From assembly GCA_002269645.1 (NCBI GenBank), contig NIVC01000355.1, forward strand, positions 122,956-186,955: a stretch of 64,000 nt of DNA. The letters are read 5' to 3'. Shown here piece after piece: positions 1 through 12,900 of this stretch. Under the pieces are notes generated by a model. It searched no databases. It was not told where the DNA came from and saw only the letters and a program-made list of their open reading frames with translations. A program made the position numbers and the translations under genes. Position 1 is the first letter of the stretch. The number at the start of each line of letters is the position of its first letter. This stretch comes from Macrostomum lignano. Taxonomy: Eukaryota.

Positions 1-340
1 TAAAAAGCACACAGAACGGCTTACCTACCTAAGATAGGAAAAGCAACAATATAGAAATTCTGAAACAAATAAAATTAAAAAAAATTGTAATAAAAAAATC
101 TCGCTTCTTTAAACTACTGAGCTAGCAATGGTTAGTAGTAAAAAAAGCAGCGAATGAGTATTATTATTAGAACAGGGCGGGTTATATTATAGAAAAATAA
201 TATTGCAACCGCGTTTAATAGACATAATCAAAAAACTAAATCAAAATAGAATGACAGACACACAGATCTGCTTGTAGAGATTGTCGGCATAGAAAAAATT
301 AAAAGCAACAAAATAAAACCGAAGCAAACAATATTGCAAG

Positions 341-608
341 TCCCGCTAGGAAAACAATTGCAGCGACGACACGGTGACAACAAGTGACGACAGGCTAGAG
401 ACGACAGCCTTGTCGGTTTACTATCGATTTACTAAAATAAGTATGATTTGTTCAAGTCAGTAGTATCGTGCAAGTGCGCGCTTCCAAATCCGCTTTGCTG
501 CCTGCTTTCTATCGGCCTCTTGGTCGACTGCCATGGCGACGACAGAGTGACTTGTTGTCAACTTGTCGTCATTAGCCTGTCGTCGCTGCAATTTTTTTCC
601 CAGCGGGA
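341..608. mobile_element. MITE-like element (~270 bp) with ~33-bp imperfect terminal inverted repeats
   Basis: TCCCGCTAGGAAAACAATTGCAGCGACGACA at 341 is matched by the reverse complement of the sequence ending at 608 (TCCCGCTGGGAAAAAAATTGCAGCGACGACA). No coding capacity; TSD not clear. Confidence 0.6.
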
Positions 609-737
609 GTTGTAGCACACAAGCAAACTAGATTGGTTTGAAATAAACGGCTAATTATACTACTTGTAACGCTCTTCAAAAGAGTAGTATAAAATGGGCA
701 TATATATATTGTATCGGATAGAAGAATCCTATTGAAA

Positions 738-3700
738 TCAAAGCACTGAGCAGGGCAAAACGCGCCATTGAATCTCGGGCTCCTCCAGACTGCAGCAGCT
801 GTCGCCGATGTGACCAACCGCCAAATCGTCGCTGCGATTGCCGCCGCCGACCCCGCCGAGACCGGCGACGCTGCCAAAATCAACTGGACCAGAGCATTCG
901 AATCGATAGCGGCCGCCAATACGCCAGATGTGATAGGCGAACAGGGCCGTCACTGTGTACACTGATAGGCTGAGAAATGAAATCACCTGGTTGGAAATCA
1001 TTGGCTGGGCACATGTAGGACGCATTGTGCAGCCACGGTTTTAAAGATTTTTAAGAAGAAGCTGATGTTAAAAGCAAAATAAGCATCAGTCCTGAAAGCC
1101 TGATATCTAGACTGAGATGTCAGCATCCACTTTGAGCTTTGTCATCAAGGCCTCCTCAACTTGAACCTTCGCATCTGAGCAACTCTCAAGTATTGGCATC
1201 TCCTCTCAGCAACTCCTCCTGTGAACATTGGCATCTCAGCAACCCCCCTGTAGACATTGGCATCTCAGCAACTCCCCATTGAGCCATGGCATCTCAGCAA
1301 CTCCACCCTATGGACATTGGCATCTCAGCAACTCCACCCTATGGACATTGGCATCTCAGCAACTCCACCCTATGGACATTGGCATCTCAGCAACGCCTCC
1401 CTATGGAAATTGGCATCTCAGCAACGCCTCCCTATGGACATTGGCATCTCAGCAACGCCTCCCTATGGACATTGGCATCTCAGCAACGCCTCCCTATGGA
1501 TATTGGCATCTCAGCAACGCCTCCCTATGGACATTGGCATCTCAGCAATTCCAGAAACTCACAGCAACTGGCAGGGCTCGATAGCCCGGAATGCCAGAGT
1601 TGCACGAGGCAACAACAGACGTAATCAGCAGCATCAGCGACAGAACCGCGTAGGATATCATTTCCTGGAAAATTTGTACGGAAAAGTTTCCACTTACAAC
1701 AAGTCAAGATTTCTTTCTCCTAAGAGCTACAATTTACTGCTGCCTTAGCTAGGAGAAAATCTGGCTTCTTGGCTACTTCCCATGTTGCTATTTTTAGAAA
1801 CATTGCCAAGTCAAGAATAATCCAGCAACACCCGATCCGTTTGTCTCGATTATTTGAATAGCACAAGTGGTGCCAGCAGCAGCAGTGTTGAGCATAGCAT
1901 TTCTTTCGCTATAAATAACTTCAACTGTTGCCCGAACAGCATAGCGCGCGCAAAATAAGAAAAGTTCACGACGGCCAGATTATCCGAAATTCTGCTTTTT
2001 TCTTTACATACAGCAAATTTAATAGTCGTCTGCCTCTGGCTGTCTATGTATCTGTCTACTTACGAGTATCTAAGGGAACCGTAGCCCAGTGGCCTGGCGC
2101 GGCGCTCTGATGTGCCAGCGGCCCAGGTTCGATTCCAAGTGCAGTCACATATATTTTGGGATAAATTGGAATCTCGGCTTGGCTCTGCTCGTGCAATTAA
2201 CGGCCTTGAGGGCCAAACCCTAAGGCACAGTGAAGTGTACATGCCTAACGATAAATAAAGTTAGGGCCGCTGTACACTCCTGTGTGAGCGTGTGCCTGCG
2301 TACGTATCCGCACGCTTGTGTGCCTGCTCAGGGGAGCCTGCGGAATGGGCAGGCAATGCCCCTCGCCCGGTTGTGACAATGTCGCTTAAAGTGCGCCCAG
2401 GTGCACACAGCCCTCTGAATCTAATAAGAAATGTATTTATCTATCTATCTATCTATCTGTCTGTCCGTTTGTCTATCTATCTAGATCTACCTATCTTATA
2501 TACCTATTTATCTATCACTATTAACGACGACTCACTATCGCAGGGTCGAGTCGCCTTAATGACAGTGCTCACTTAACAGCAGCCGTCTTGACACCATCTG
2601 AACAAGAATCTATTCTGCAAAACTAAGCCGCTTGTGCCAAGGAATTTGAAGCAGGCCCGGATTATTCTCAAGCACCCTCAGCTATTCGCAGTAATGAGGA
2701 TCGCAAAACTTCATTGAGCAGACTCTGGTCCAAATAATTCCCATGCCATCTACCACTATCGAGGTCTTTAGGTCCTTTCTGCCAGGTCAACAATGGTCAA
2801 CAATCGCGATCGGTTGGCAACAATTAAGAGTCTGACTCGTCCAGGAATGCAAGACTTACACAAGAAATCCGATTTCGAAATTAAGAACAGAAAATCTAAT
2901 CAAGAGTTCACGTGAACAGGCCGAACTTCCTACTGAAATAGTCAATCGTATGCCAAGACAGTTTGAAGGTGTGATCGACAAACAGCTCACAACGATTCTT
3001 AACCATTTCCACAAAGTCTCTCCAAAAGCCAAAGTTTACACACTGGACTTAGTAGTGGACACTTGAGCACCAGAAAACACCAGGAAAGCTGCCAAAAAAG
3101 GTAAACAGCTACCTGACAGGTATCAATCCAGCCAACCATGTGACACTGCTGCCACGTGGCACTGATGTCTGATGAGTCGACTCCGAGGCCTCCCAAACTG
3201 AGCGCAAAAAACTAGACATCAACCTTAATCAGAATGATTTCGTCTTTGACTTTGATAGCAAGCGGCATTTGCAGATTAAGGGCCTTCCTACGCCAACATC
3301 TTTATGTTCGACTGGGAGTCTAAGGCCCTGGTAACCGAAAATTTCGCTCCTTGCCTATATAAACGCAATATTGATGACGTCTTCGTGGTTGTCTTTGGCA
3401 GCAAGGAGCCGCAGCTGAAGGAACTGCACGGACACCTGAATGGTGTCCTACAGCCGTGAAAAAATTTACATTCTTTTAGACTGCTGCGTCTCTTTGATTG
3501 ATGAAGGAACTCTTCGTCAATTACTGCGGACCCAACTTCTTTATAATTATAGTTAGTTGACAAAAATGATTCACAGAATCTGTCAGAAAGTCCGCTGCGA
3601 CTCTCGAAACGATGTCTATGCTATCCTATGCAAAGGCCTAGGATGCAACTCCTCCTAGAGCTCTAAAAGTCAGACTGATGGCCCACTTAAGCGACGCTAG

Positions 3701-4327
3701 ACTCACTTAAAAGACACTCCGTTCTCGAGACACTTCTACTCGTCTAACCAAAACATTCACAATCTCCGCTTCATGGCACTGCAAGTATCTCAGCCTCAGA
3801 ATTTGAGACCAATAAGAAGACACTCAATGCAGGCGACGAGACATGCAGAAGAAGCTCGTCACCTTGCTGAGCACTCGGCTACATTGATTAAATACGCTGC
3901 TTAGACTTTAGAAATTTAGAAATGAGTATCTATACGAATATCGGTACAATAAGTCTTCATGATTAAACTGCTTTGCATTAGATTCTTTGCACAATACAAA
4001 AGTAGGCAGCTAAAATCCGATTAAACTCACAATAACGGACCAATGCAGTCTAACAAATGCGAATGATCCGAACAGGTGAGCGCAAAAGTACATAGCAGTG
4101 ATTAGGAAGCACAGTACAGAGGTGATGAGGCCCCAAACTCCAATGCTAGGATGGGCAGTCGCCGCTACACCAGTAAGAATGATTGACAGGGCTGTGCCAG
4201 TCAGCTGGAAGATGCCCAGAGAGGACAGGCAATGCTCCTTATAGATCACGAAGAAGCGCACATTGCTGCTATTGCCAGCCATGTGTTGCGGCTGCTGACA
4301 ACCAGGAGCTGCAGTTGGTGGCTCCAT
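738..4327 (-). CDS. MARVEL-domain (CMTM/plasmolipin-like) four-TM membrane protein, ~215 aa, 3 coding exons
   Basis: join complement(4031..4327,1563..1664,738..986). All junctions are GT-AG and phase 0. Four hydrophobic segments: LGIFQLTGTALSIILTGVAA, IGVWGLITSVLCFLITAMYFCAHLF, EMISYAVLSLMLLITSVVA, VISFLSLSVYTVTALFAYHIWR. An extra upstream exon is possible because CAG lies directly before the ATG. Confidence 0.75.
1190..1548. repeat. 31-bp minisatellite (GGACATTGGCATCTCAGCAACKCCWCCCTAT), ~11 copies, in intron 2 of the MARVEL gene
   Basis: Directly visible tandem array; accounts for ORFs 1228/1257/1286. Confidence 0.95.
2075..2470 (+). mobile_element. tRNA-derived SINE, family A (full-length copy with TATC tail)
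   Basis: Head has an A-box (TAGCCCAGTGG) and B-box (GGTTCGATTCC). The body is shared with copies at ~22560, ~13570, ~15070 and ~27140. Ends in (TATC)n. Confidence 0.75.
2700..3560 (+). pseudogene. Degenerate Penelope-like reverse transcriptase remnant
   Basis: 3228-3392 reads NQNDFVFDFDSKRHLQIKG / YANIFMFDWESKAL...PCLYKRNIDDVFVV across a deletion, matching the Penelope RT pattern (F.F....Y.Q..G...YANIFM...LY.RYIDD). Boundaries approximate. Confidence 0.6.
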
Positions 4328-5599
4328 CTGGGTATTTTTAAGTGTGCCAACACAATTTATTACTTCCAATTCATTTTATTGAGTGTGAATAATTTATTTT
4401 AGCTGAAAAAGTATGCAAATATTTTTCATCTTAGAAGCCAAAGGGAGAATCTCAATATTAAACATTTTAATATATTATCCTAAAAGTAGTCCTTTTAAAT
4501 TAGATTATAAAATTCAAGCCAGAAATCAGCACCCAAAGAAGGCTACGAAGCGTTGACTAAAATGTTTGAATAATTTACATGTAGCTCCTGACCTCTCAGC
4601 CTTGACACCTAAGCAATCCCCCATAAGCCCTGACATGTCTGGGCAAAGTTAAAGGCAAAAAGGTTTTATCAGGTAGCCAACTTGTAAGGTGGAGAAAACT
4701 TTGGTGGGTATATATTTGCAGCAGCAATAGGCCACTATTGATGATACTATCTAGGCTATCACTGCCACTAGACCAAATACCAAAGGGCATATAGCCTAAT
4801 CTGGTATCAATGTTTTGCTTTATTTTGGGAAGCAGCACATCCCACTTAACCTACATGGCAATATTCCAGATAAGCACAAAAATGAGCTATGCAAGTTCTT
4901 TGCTACTATTGTAAATATGCTTGTAAAATGATTTAAGGCTATTGGCCATTGTAGGGATACCATTGCTGACAAAAGATAGTTTCAATATAGTACTAGGAGC
5001 CTAGTCAACATAGCTGATATTGTGATGCTCATCCTAAGAACTTGAGTAGCAGAGCACTAGGTCTAGTATAGACAAGGTTCCCATCAAGGTTTTACAACTC
5101 AATTTCCAATTTTTCTGAAATTTTTACAAGACACTTGGGGGATGCCCAAAATGATAAAAAAGCAAAAAAATCACCAAAAAACTTCATTCAGTGGTGATGC
5201 AACATTGGTTTATTGATCCCCATTGATATTCATTCTCATTGATTCTTATTCTCATTGATATTTGATCTCAATGATCCATATCATTGAGATTCTCATTGAT
5301 ATGGTGTCAATGAGAATGTTTTGTGAATATTGTGAATTAAGAAATCACAAGTAATATTAACCATTCTCAAATTACAATTTACAGTGAATAAAAATGACCT
5401 TATCAAATTTGATACTGAGTTTTGTTATAATGTAAAAAAATTGCTATGTCACAGTTTCCTCTTTTTTAAATTTGCCATATCCATGATGCACTGCTCGTCT
5501 CCCACATTTTGATTTGTTGCTACTTTTGCCTTTGTGTTCTACATTAACACCTTTCTGAATGATTTAGCAATGTAGTAAGTAATTAAGCATACTATAAAT

Positions 5600-6200
5600 G
5601 TCTATAATATTCAAGTTTGCATTGATAAAATCAACCTTCATGAAGTATAACCTATCCAAAAAAACCTTATCCTATTTGATAATCTGGTTGGTCATTGACC
5701 TTTTTGGTAAGGTCCACCCCTTTTTCCCTAAGTATGAAATTCATCAACACTTTTTTAATAGGTCTCTAGACCTTTATTCAAGTTTATGTCTATAAAATCA
5801 ACCTTTATCAAAGGTCCCCCACCCTAACACCCCCCTATTTCTCATGCTCCAATATTTGGTCATTGACCTTTTGGTAGGCCCTAAGGTCTACCTTTCCCCC
5901 GAAAGTCTGGAATTTATCAACATCATTTTGAATAGGTCTTAATGTCTTTATTAAAGTTTATGTTGATAAAATCAATCCCCATAAAGAATATTCTATCCTA
6001 AAAACCCATCCCATTCCCCTATGCCTACTAAGCCTATTTGGTCATTGACCTTTTGGTAAGGTCCACCCCTACACCATGAGTCCAGAATTTATGAATACCA
6101 TCTTGAATAGGTCTCTATGCCTCTTTTAAAGTTTATGTTATAAAGTGAATCCCTATAAAGAATCTCATCATCTAAAACCCCCTATTCCCTATGCCTTGGT
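5600..6200. repeat. Degenerate ~170-180-bp tandem repeat (core TTGGTCATTGACCTTTTGGTA), about 3.5 copies
   Basis: The core motif recurs at ~5687, ~5857 and ~6038 with similar flanks. Confidence 0.7.
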
Positions 6201-6268
6201 AGTTAGTATTAAGCTATATAGTTAGGTTGAAGCTACCAAAAAATGAAGCTCAAATTTGAAATCAGCAT
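6197..6268. repeat. ~72-bp segment duplicated at ~7655-7726 (probably a DNA-transposon fragment)
   Basis: TTGGTAGTTAGTATTAAGCTAYATAGTTAGGTTGAAGCTACCAAAAAATGAAGCTCAAATTTGAAATCAGCA occurs twice, nearly identical. Confidence 0.8.
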
Positions 6269-7068
6269 TATCAAAAACCTTTCTAGAGACAGAATTATGA
6301 TCCTGTCAAAATTGTAACTTATTAATCAACATAAACTTGAAGAAGTCCCAAGTACCATATATGGCTTAAGGATATGAGGATCAATTATCTGCTTGTAGTC
6401 TTGTACTGCTAAGCTGTTCAACCAAATACTGCTCTTGTGGCTATAGCCTATGCTAGATCCATATTTGAAGCCTAATCAGAATATCTAGATTCTGGCCCCA
6501 TTGTGGCATAGTGGTGCATATCAATTATCATATCATATCCTTAGAAACAGCGGAGCCTACTATTTTAGGGGGGGGGGGGAGGCACCAAGCACAGGACAAG
6601 GCAAGGGGGCACATGTACCTTTTATAAGCTATTAATTAGGGCCTAAACTCAGAAAAAGCACTATAAAAATTACCACATTGACTCATTTTCTGCAAGAGCA
6701 TGTGCCCCCGGTGCCATAAGAGGCAAGATGTGCACGATGCACATCTTGCCTCTTTAATACTGAGTCATTGGGGAAGCATAGACCTGCCAGTCAAAACTGA
6801 TTGCTCTCTTTATTATAATTTAATTTTTTAATCAAAACTAGGCCCCAGCACCATTGATAGATTTCACCATTTATATAGTATAAGCCAACACTTACTAAGG
6901 GCTAAGGCTGACATTACATTAAGCAAATAACAAGCAAATCAGCTCAACAAAAATACTTTTTCAGTTAAACTAGTGTTAGTTTAAGTAAAGCTCACATGTT
7001 TAAGTGTTGTAGATGTAGACTAGTCTGAGACCTGAGTATATTATTTGGTTAGGTTAAGGCCTAAATTT

Positions 7069-7260
7069 CAGGCGCCGCGGAACGAGTTTTTGCCAAGGGG
7101 GGGGGCAGGACCAAGTTTCCGAAACTCAAGCCCAGACCCTGTCTTGGACAATGACCAAAAATTTGAGCAAAATTATGCTGTTGAACGGTATTTGAGGGGG
7201 GGCAATGCCCCCCAACTCAATGTCAGGGGGGCAGCTGCCCCCCCTGTTCCGCGGCGCCTG
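7069..7260. mobile_element. 192-bp MITE with perfect 15-bp TIRs (CAGGCGCCGCGGAAC), hAT-like ends
   Basis: TIRs at 7069-7083 and 7246-7260. The flanks GGCCTAAATTT / GGCCTAATATT form only an imperfect duplication. Confidence 0.75.
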
Positions 7261-8855
7261 GGCCTAATATTAATAATAATTATTTGTAACTTGACAAATT
7301 ATGACATCAAGTTTAAAGTAAAGTATAATATTTAGGTAGTAAATTAGTAAAGTAAAAGGAATAGCAATATAAAGTAATAAATAAATAAAGCATTGTAGTT
7401 AGGTCGGCGCCGGCGCGAGCTGCGTGCAAGCAGATCAACAACCAGTGCTCTGCTGTGAGTTGTAACATTAAAAAACATTACAATATACGAAGGCGAATCG
7501 GTGCGTAGTTTCTTTTGGCTTGTTAAAACAAATCTCTATTATCAAGGGTTGACTTAGTTTGTCTTTTATGCCAAGTTTGGAAAATTTCTAGCCAATCAGT
7601 GTTTGAAAAGTGATAAAAAGGGTAAATAATATTTTTTTACATACGTAATTGGCTTGGTAGTTAGTATTAAGCTACATAGTTAGGTTGAAGCTACCAAAAA
7701 ATGAAGCTCAAATTTGAAATCAGCACTTTTTTAACAACGACTTTTTTAACATGAAACCTAATAAGAGCCATTTTGTTACGGCAATTTATTCCTTTATGTC
7801 ATGTCTCTAGAAAAAGTAAAAATAGAGTACGTCTGTTGTTTCTACAACGAAATCCTTACAAAAATTACTGAAGCAATACGTGTAAGACAGACATGTTTAC
7901 AATTGCAGCTTCGAAAGACGCGAATTCCCGTTCAGATAAAAAGCAGGACAACCAATCTAAGACGGCATGAAAACGCCGACGAAACTCCCCTGAAGATTGA
8001 CACCCAAGCAAGGATGATGCTTTGCAAGAATCTGCCGCCGAGCATCAATCACAGGAGAACAATTCAGACAATTCAAGAACCGGGTTCAAACTTCGACGCC
8101 AAATTAACTGACGCAAGATATAAATTAAGTGCGATAGCGAGTCCGCGGCAGCACAGGCAGCAATCGGTCGGACTCTCGGTCGTTTGTATTGCGATTTCAT
8201 TTACCCAGAATCAGGAAGCTAGAAGAGCTGCTGTCTACATATGTACATGTACACTGTACTGTACGCTTAGAATGAAGCTAACATGTACATACGAGTATGT
8301 ACCTGATCTCAAGCAGACTGCGCACTGCGCTTTGGAATTCAGTGAAAGAAGAGGTCACCCTCAGCCAATTTGCATTGTACGGGGAAGTTATGCCAAAACT
8401 TAACTTTGACAATATCAAAAATACATGTCATGCATACATATAGCTATAATTCCAATTAAAGAAAATTGCGAAAACAAGCAGCGGTAGCTAAAAATAGAAA
8501 TTGCATTTAGCTTTTTATGCACATCTCAATGCGCACTTTTGCGACTGGTAGCTAACTAAAATTTGACCATAGATCCAAGAATTAACAAAGTAGCTACATT
8601 GTGAAATACAAACTTGCAATGAAAGTTTTTTCATTAAAAAACCGCGCGACCTCAGCAGTGATAAAAGTCGAATCTCAAATCAGACTGCACAATGATTCAA
8701 CGATCTTGACGCCTGCTAAATCCTGTTGAATACAACATATACTCACTTTTGCAAGCAGCGACAAAAGCCTTTTACATTCGGCCAAAAATATGCATAATTG
8801 CACTTAGGGCTAGGCTGAAAACCTGCAGCCCAATAATTATTCCAAGGAGGCGCAG

Positions 8856-9566
8856 ATGGACTGCCTCGCAGATCTTCGCCGCATCAAAATCAGACGCAAT
8901 ATCGACCTACTAGACGTTGTCTGCGGCTGCGAGACCAACAGTAAATTTGAGATCTGCAACGAGATTGGCCTACCGCTGCTTCTAGCAAAAGAAGAGACCG
9001 GCTTCTGGAACCGGGTCCTATGCGAGGCCGACCGTGCCTTCCTCATCAAAGTGACCAGCCTGCAGCAGTCCTACGCGGACAATCCAGACAGCGAAGTGAT
9101 TCGCTACACCAGAGGCTGCGTGTGCAACTGCCAGCTCCAGCTCGGCGGCTGCTGCTTCACCTGCCGTGACAGCCTGACCGTTGAAGCGCCTCCGGGCACC
9201 GTCATCGGCTTTGTCCGCCAGCAGGCCAGCATGTGCACCGTGAGCTACACAGCGCTGACGGGAGATGAACATGAAGCATCATCAAGCACTGTGCACCTAG
9301 TGGGGCCCAGGTACTGCCAATGCACCTGTCCTAGATACGTCCAATCAGTGAGCCTGATGTCGTGCGACATGACCAGAGAGATCGGCCGGCTGCGTCGGAC
9401 AGGACAAATCGGCGACACCGCTAAAGAGCTGCTGAGGAGCGAGTGGGGCAGCTTTATTGAGCTGGACCTGCAGCCAGATGCCGGCTTGTCCGTCCATACA
9501 AAAGCCGTCCTGGTCGGTGCCGCGCTGCTCATTGGAATTCTGTTCTTTGACGATGAACGGCTATAG
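8856..9566 (+). CDS. Phospholipid scramblase family protein (236 aa, single coding exon seen)
   Basis: Scramblase motifs: LLDVVCGCETNSKFEICNEIG, EETGFWNRVLC...R.F, C..C...LTVEAPPGTVIGFVRQ, and C-terminal KAVLVGAALLIGILFF. AATAAA at ~9628. Confidence 0.88.
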   Translation: MDCLADLRRIKIRRNIDLLDVVCGCETNSKFEICNEIGLPLLLAKEETGFWNRVLCEADRAFLIKVTSLQQSYADNPDSEVIRYTRGCVCNCQLQLGGCCFTCRDSLTVEAPPGTVIGFVRQQASMCTVSYTALTGDEHEASSSTVHLVGPRYCQCTCPRYVQSVSLMSCDMTREIGRLRRTGQIGDTAKELLRSEWGSFIELDLQPDAGLSVHTKAVLVGAALLIGILFFDDERL

Positions 9567-9925
9567 CTGACAGCTGTATGCACCGCCAGCCCCGAGTTCA
9601 TCCAGTCATTCGCCTTTTCTATCTATAAATAAACAGAAACACGTGGGTTTTTGTTGATTTTGATTTACCACAGCTCTGTTGCTTTATAATTATTTAAATA
9701 TCAGGAATGTGTAAAAGTACTTTCACCAGATCGAAGTGGTGCTCTTCGTGGAGCATTACTTAAAATATTGCATTGAAGACAATTTTTTACTAGCAATTGT
9801 ATTTAAAAAAATACAGGAAGAAACGCAGTTTCACAATGCATAATTTATCATATCGATAGTCACTTAACACACTACTTCTAGTAGTAAGACAGCGTATTGA
9901 ATATTGCGACACATCAGTGTCAATT

Positions 9926-12900
9926 CTAAACCAGGCTGTCCTCACGAATCCACTCCAGCGCCATCGGGGTAGCGTACGAGATGATTATGTTGGCACCTGA
10001 AGAATTACATGGGTTAAATACAGATAAACATATTCACCTGACATATAAACACACCCATTTGACAAATAAACACACCCATCTGACAAATTAACACAACTAT
10101 CTGACAAATAAACACACCCATTGGACACGGATAAACACACTCACCTGACTGACACGGATAAACACACCCACCTGACACGGATAAACATACCCACCTGACA
10201 CGGATAAACACACCCACCTGACACGGATAAACACACCCACCTGACACGGATAAACACACCCACCTGACACGGATAAACACACCCACCTGACACGGATAAA
10301 CAAACCCATCAGACACGGATAAACACACCCACCTGACACGGATAAACATACCCACCTGACGCGTATAAACACACCCACCTGACACGGATAAACACACCCA
10401 CCTGACACGGATAAACATACCCATCTGACACGGATAAACACACCCACCTGACACGGATAAACACACCCATCAGACACGGATAAACACACCCACCTGACAC
10501 AGATAAACATACCCACCTGACGCGTATAAACACACCCACCTAACACGGATAAACACACCCATCTGACAAATAAACACACCCATCAGACACGGATAAAGAC
10601 ACCCATCAGACACGGATAAACACACCCACCTGACACGGATAAACAGACCCATCAGACACGGATAAACACACCCAACTGACACGGATAAACACATCCATCT
10701 GACACGGATAAACACACCCACCTGACAAATAAACACACCCATCTGACACGGATAAACACACCCATCAGACACGGATAAACACACCCATCTGACACGGATA
10801 AACACACCCATCTGACACGGATAAACACACCCATCAGACACGGATAAACACACCCATCTGACACGGATAAACACACCCATCTGACACGGATAAACACACC
10901 CATCAGACAAATAAACACACCCATCAGACACGGATAAACACACCCACCTGACAAATAAACACACCCATCAGACACGGATAAACACACCCGTCTGACACGG
11001 ATAAACACACCCACCTAACACGGATAAACACACCCATCTGACAAATAAACACACCCATCAGACACGGATAAACATACCCACCTGACACGGATAAACACAC
11101 TTATCTGACACGGATAAAGACACCCATCAGACACGGATAAACACACCCACCTGACAAATAAACACACCCATCTGACACGGATAAACACACCCATCAGACA
11201 CGGATAAACACACCCATCTGACACGGATAAACACACCCACCTGACACGGATAAACATACCCATCAGACGCGTATAAACACACCCACCTAACACGGATAAA
11301 CACACCCATCTGACAAATAAACACACCCATCAGACACAGATAAAGACACCCATCAGACACGGATAAACACACCCACCTGACACGGATAAACAGACCCATC
11401 AGACACGGATAAACACACAAATCAGACACGGATAAACACACCCACCTGACACGGATAAACACACCCAACTGACAAATAAACACACCCATCAGACACGGAT
11501 AAACACATCCATCTGACACAGATAAACACTTGTATCAACACTGACGCACTGATAAACACTCCCGTCAGACACGGATAAACACCTGTATCAACTGATAAAC
11601 ACACCCGTCAGAAGCCAGCGGGAGCTCACCTGCTCGCAGCATAGAACCAAATACCTCAAGCGAGATACGCTTAAAGTCAAAGGCCCCAGCCTTGGCACCG
11701 TGCCAGAGCATGGCGAACTCGCCTGACACGTGATAAATTGCCAGCGGGTGATTCGGGAACTGCAATTTGTAAATTAAGCTGGCTTTACTCAAGTACCATT
11801 CGGATTAAGAAAAAAGCAGCTGAGTAAAATTTTCCAACTCACCTTCTGATGCACTTGGCTCACAATGTCTAAATAAGCTGTGCCAGGCTTCACCATCAAC
11901 ATATCGGCGCCTTCATCAACGTCTCTTTCCTAGAAGCAATTATTTTATTTATTCAATAGTGTTTGCATTGCCATTAAACTCGTGTTTATATTATTCTTAT
12001 TGCAGTTTCGCTTACAGCGGCTCGAATGGCGAGGGCAGCGGACCGCGGCGGCAGTTGGTAGCGGCTGCGATCGCCGAAACTCGGAGCGCTTTGAGCCGCG
12101 TCCCTGCAAAGTTCAAGAAGAACTCGAATTGTAGAAATTTCAGGCGTCACTTCTGCATTCCATCATCCGCCCACGCACACACCATGACCAAAGATCATCC
12201 GCCCACGCACACACCATGACCAAAGAGCACCCGCCCACGCACACACCATGAGAAAGATCATCCGCCCCACGCACACACCATGATCAAAGATAATCCGCCC
12301 ACGCACACACTATGACCAAAGATCATCCGCCCACGCACACATCATGACCAAAGATCACCCGCCCACGCACACACCGTGGCCAAAGATCATCCGCCCACGC
12401 ACACATCATGACCAAATATCATCCGCCCACGCACACACCATGACCAAAGAGTACCCGCCCACGCACATACCATGACCAAAGAGCACCCGCCCACGCACAC
12501 ACCTTGTCCAAAGACCATCTGCCCACTGCCATGCGTACACCATGGCCAAAGATTATCCGCCCACGCATTCACACATGACCAAAGATCATCCGCCCACGCA
12601 CACACCATGACCAAAGATCATCCGCCCACGCACACACCATGACCAAATATCATCCGCCCACGCAAACACCATGACCAAAGAGCACCCGCCCACGCACACA
12701 CCATGAGAAAGATCATCCGCCCCACGCACACACCATGACCAAAGATCACCCGCCCACGCACACACCATGACCAAAGATCACCCGCCCACTCACACACCAT
12801 GACCAAAGATCAACCGCCCACGCACACACCTTGTCCAAAGACCATCTGCCCACTGCCACGCGTACACCATGGCCAAAGATAATCCACCCACGCATTCACA

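Noticed and set aside
3169-3200. CTGATGA as a hammerhead ribozyme core near the Penelope relic
   Set aside because: No stem II followed by GAAA could be built.
7801-8403. 200-aa ORF
   Set aside because: No recognisable motifs or exon context and non-coding-like composition. It cannot be fully excluded without expression data.
10014-11604. Many 60-160 aa ORFs ([13 protein letters not shown]...)
   Set aside because: Translations of a 23-bp minisatellite inside an ALAD intron. The same applies to ORFs in the 31-, 32-, 21-, 19-, 23- and 30-bp arrays.
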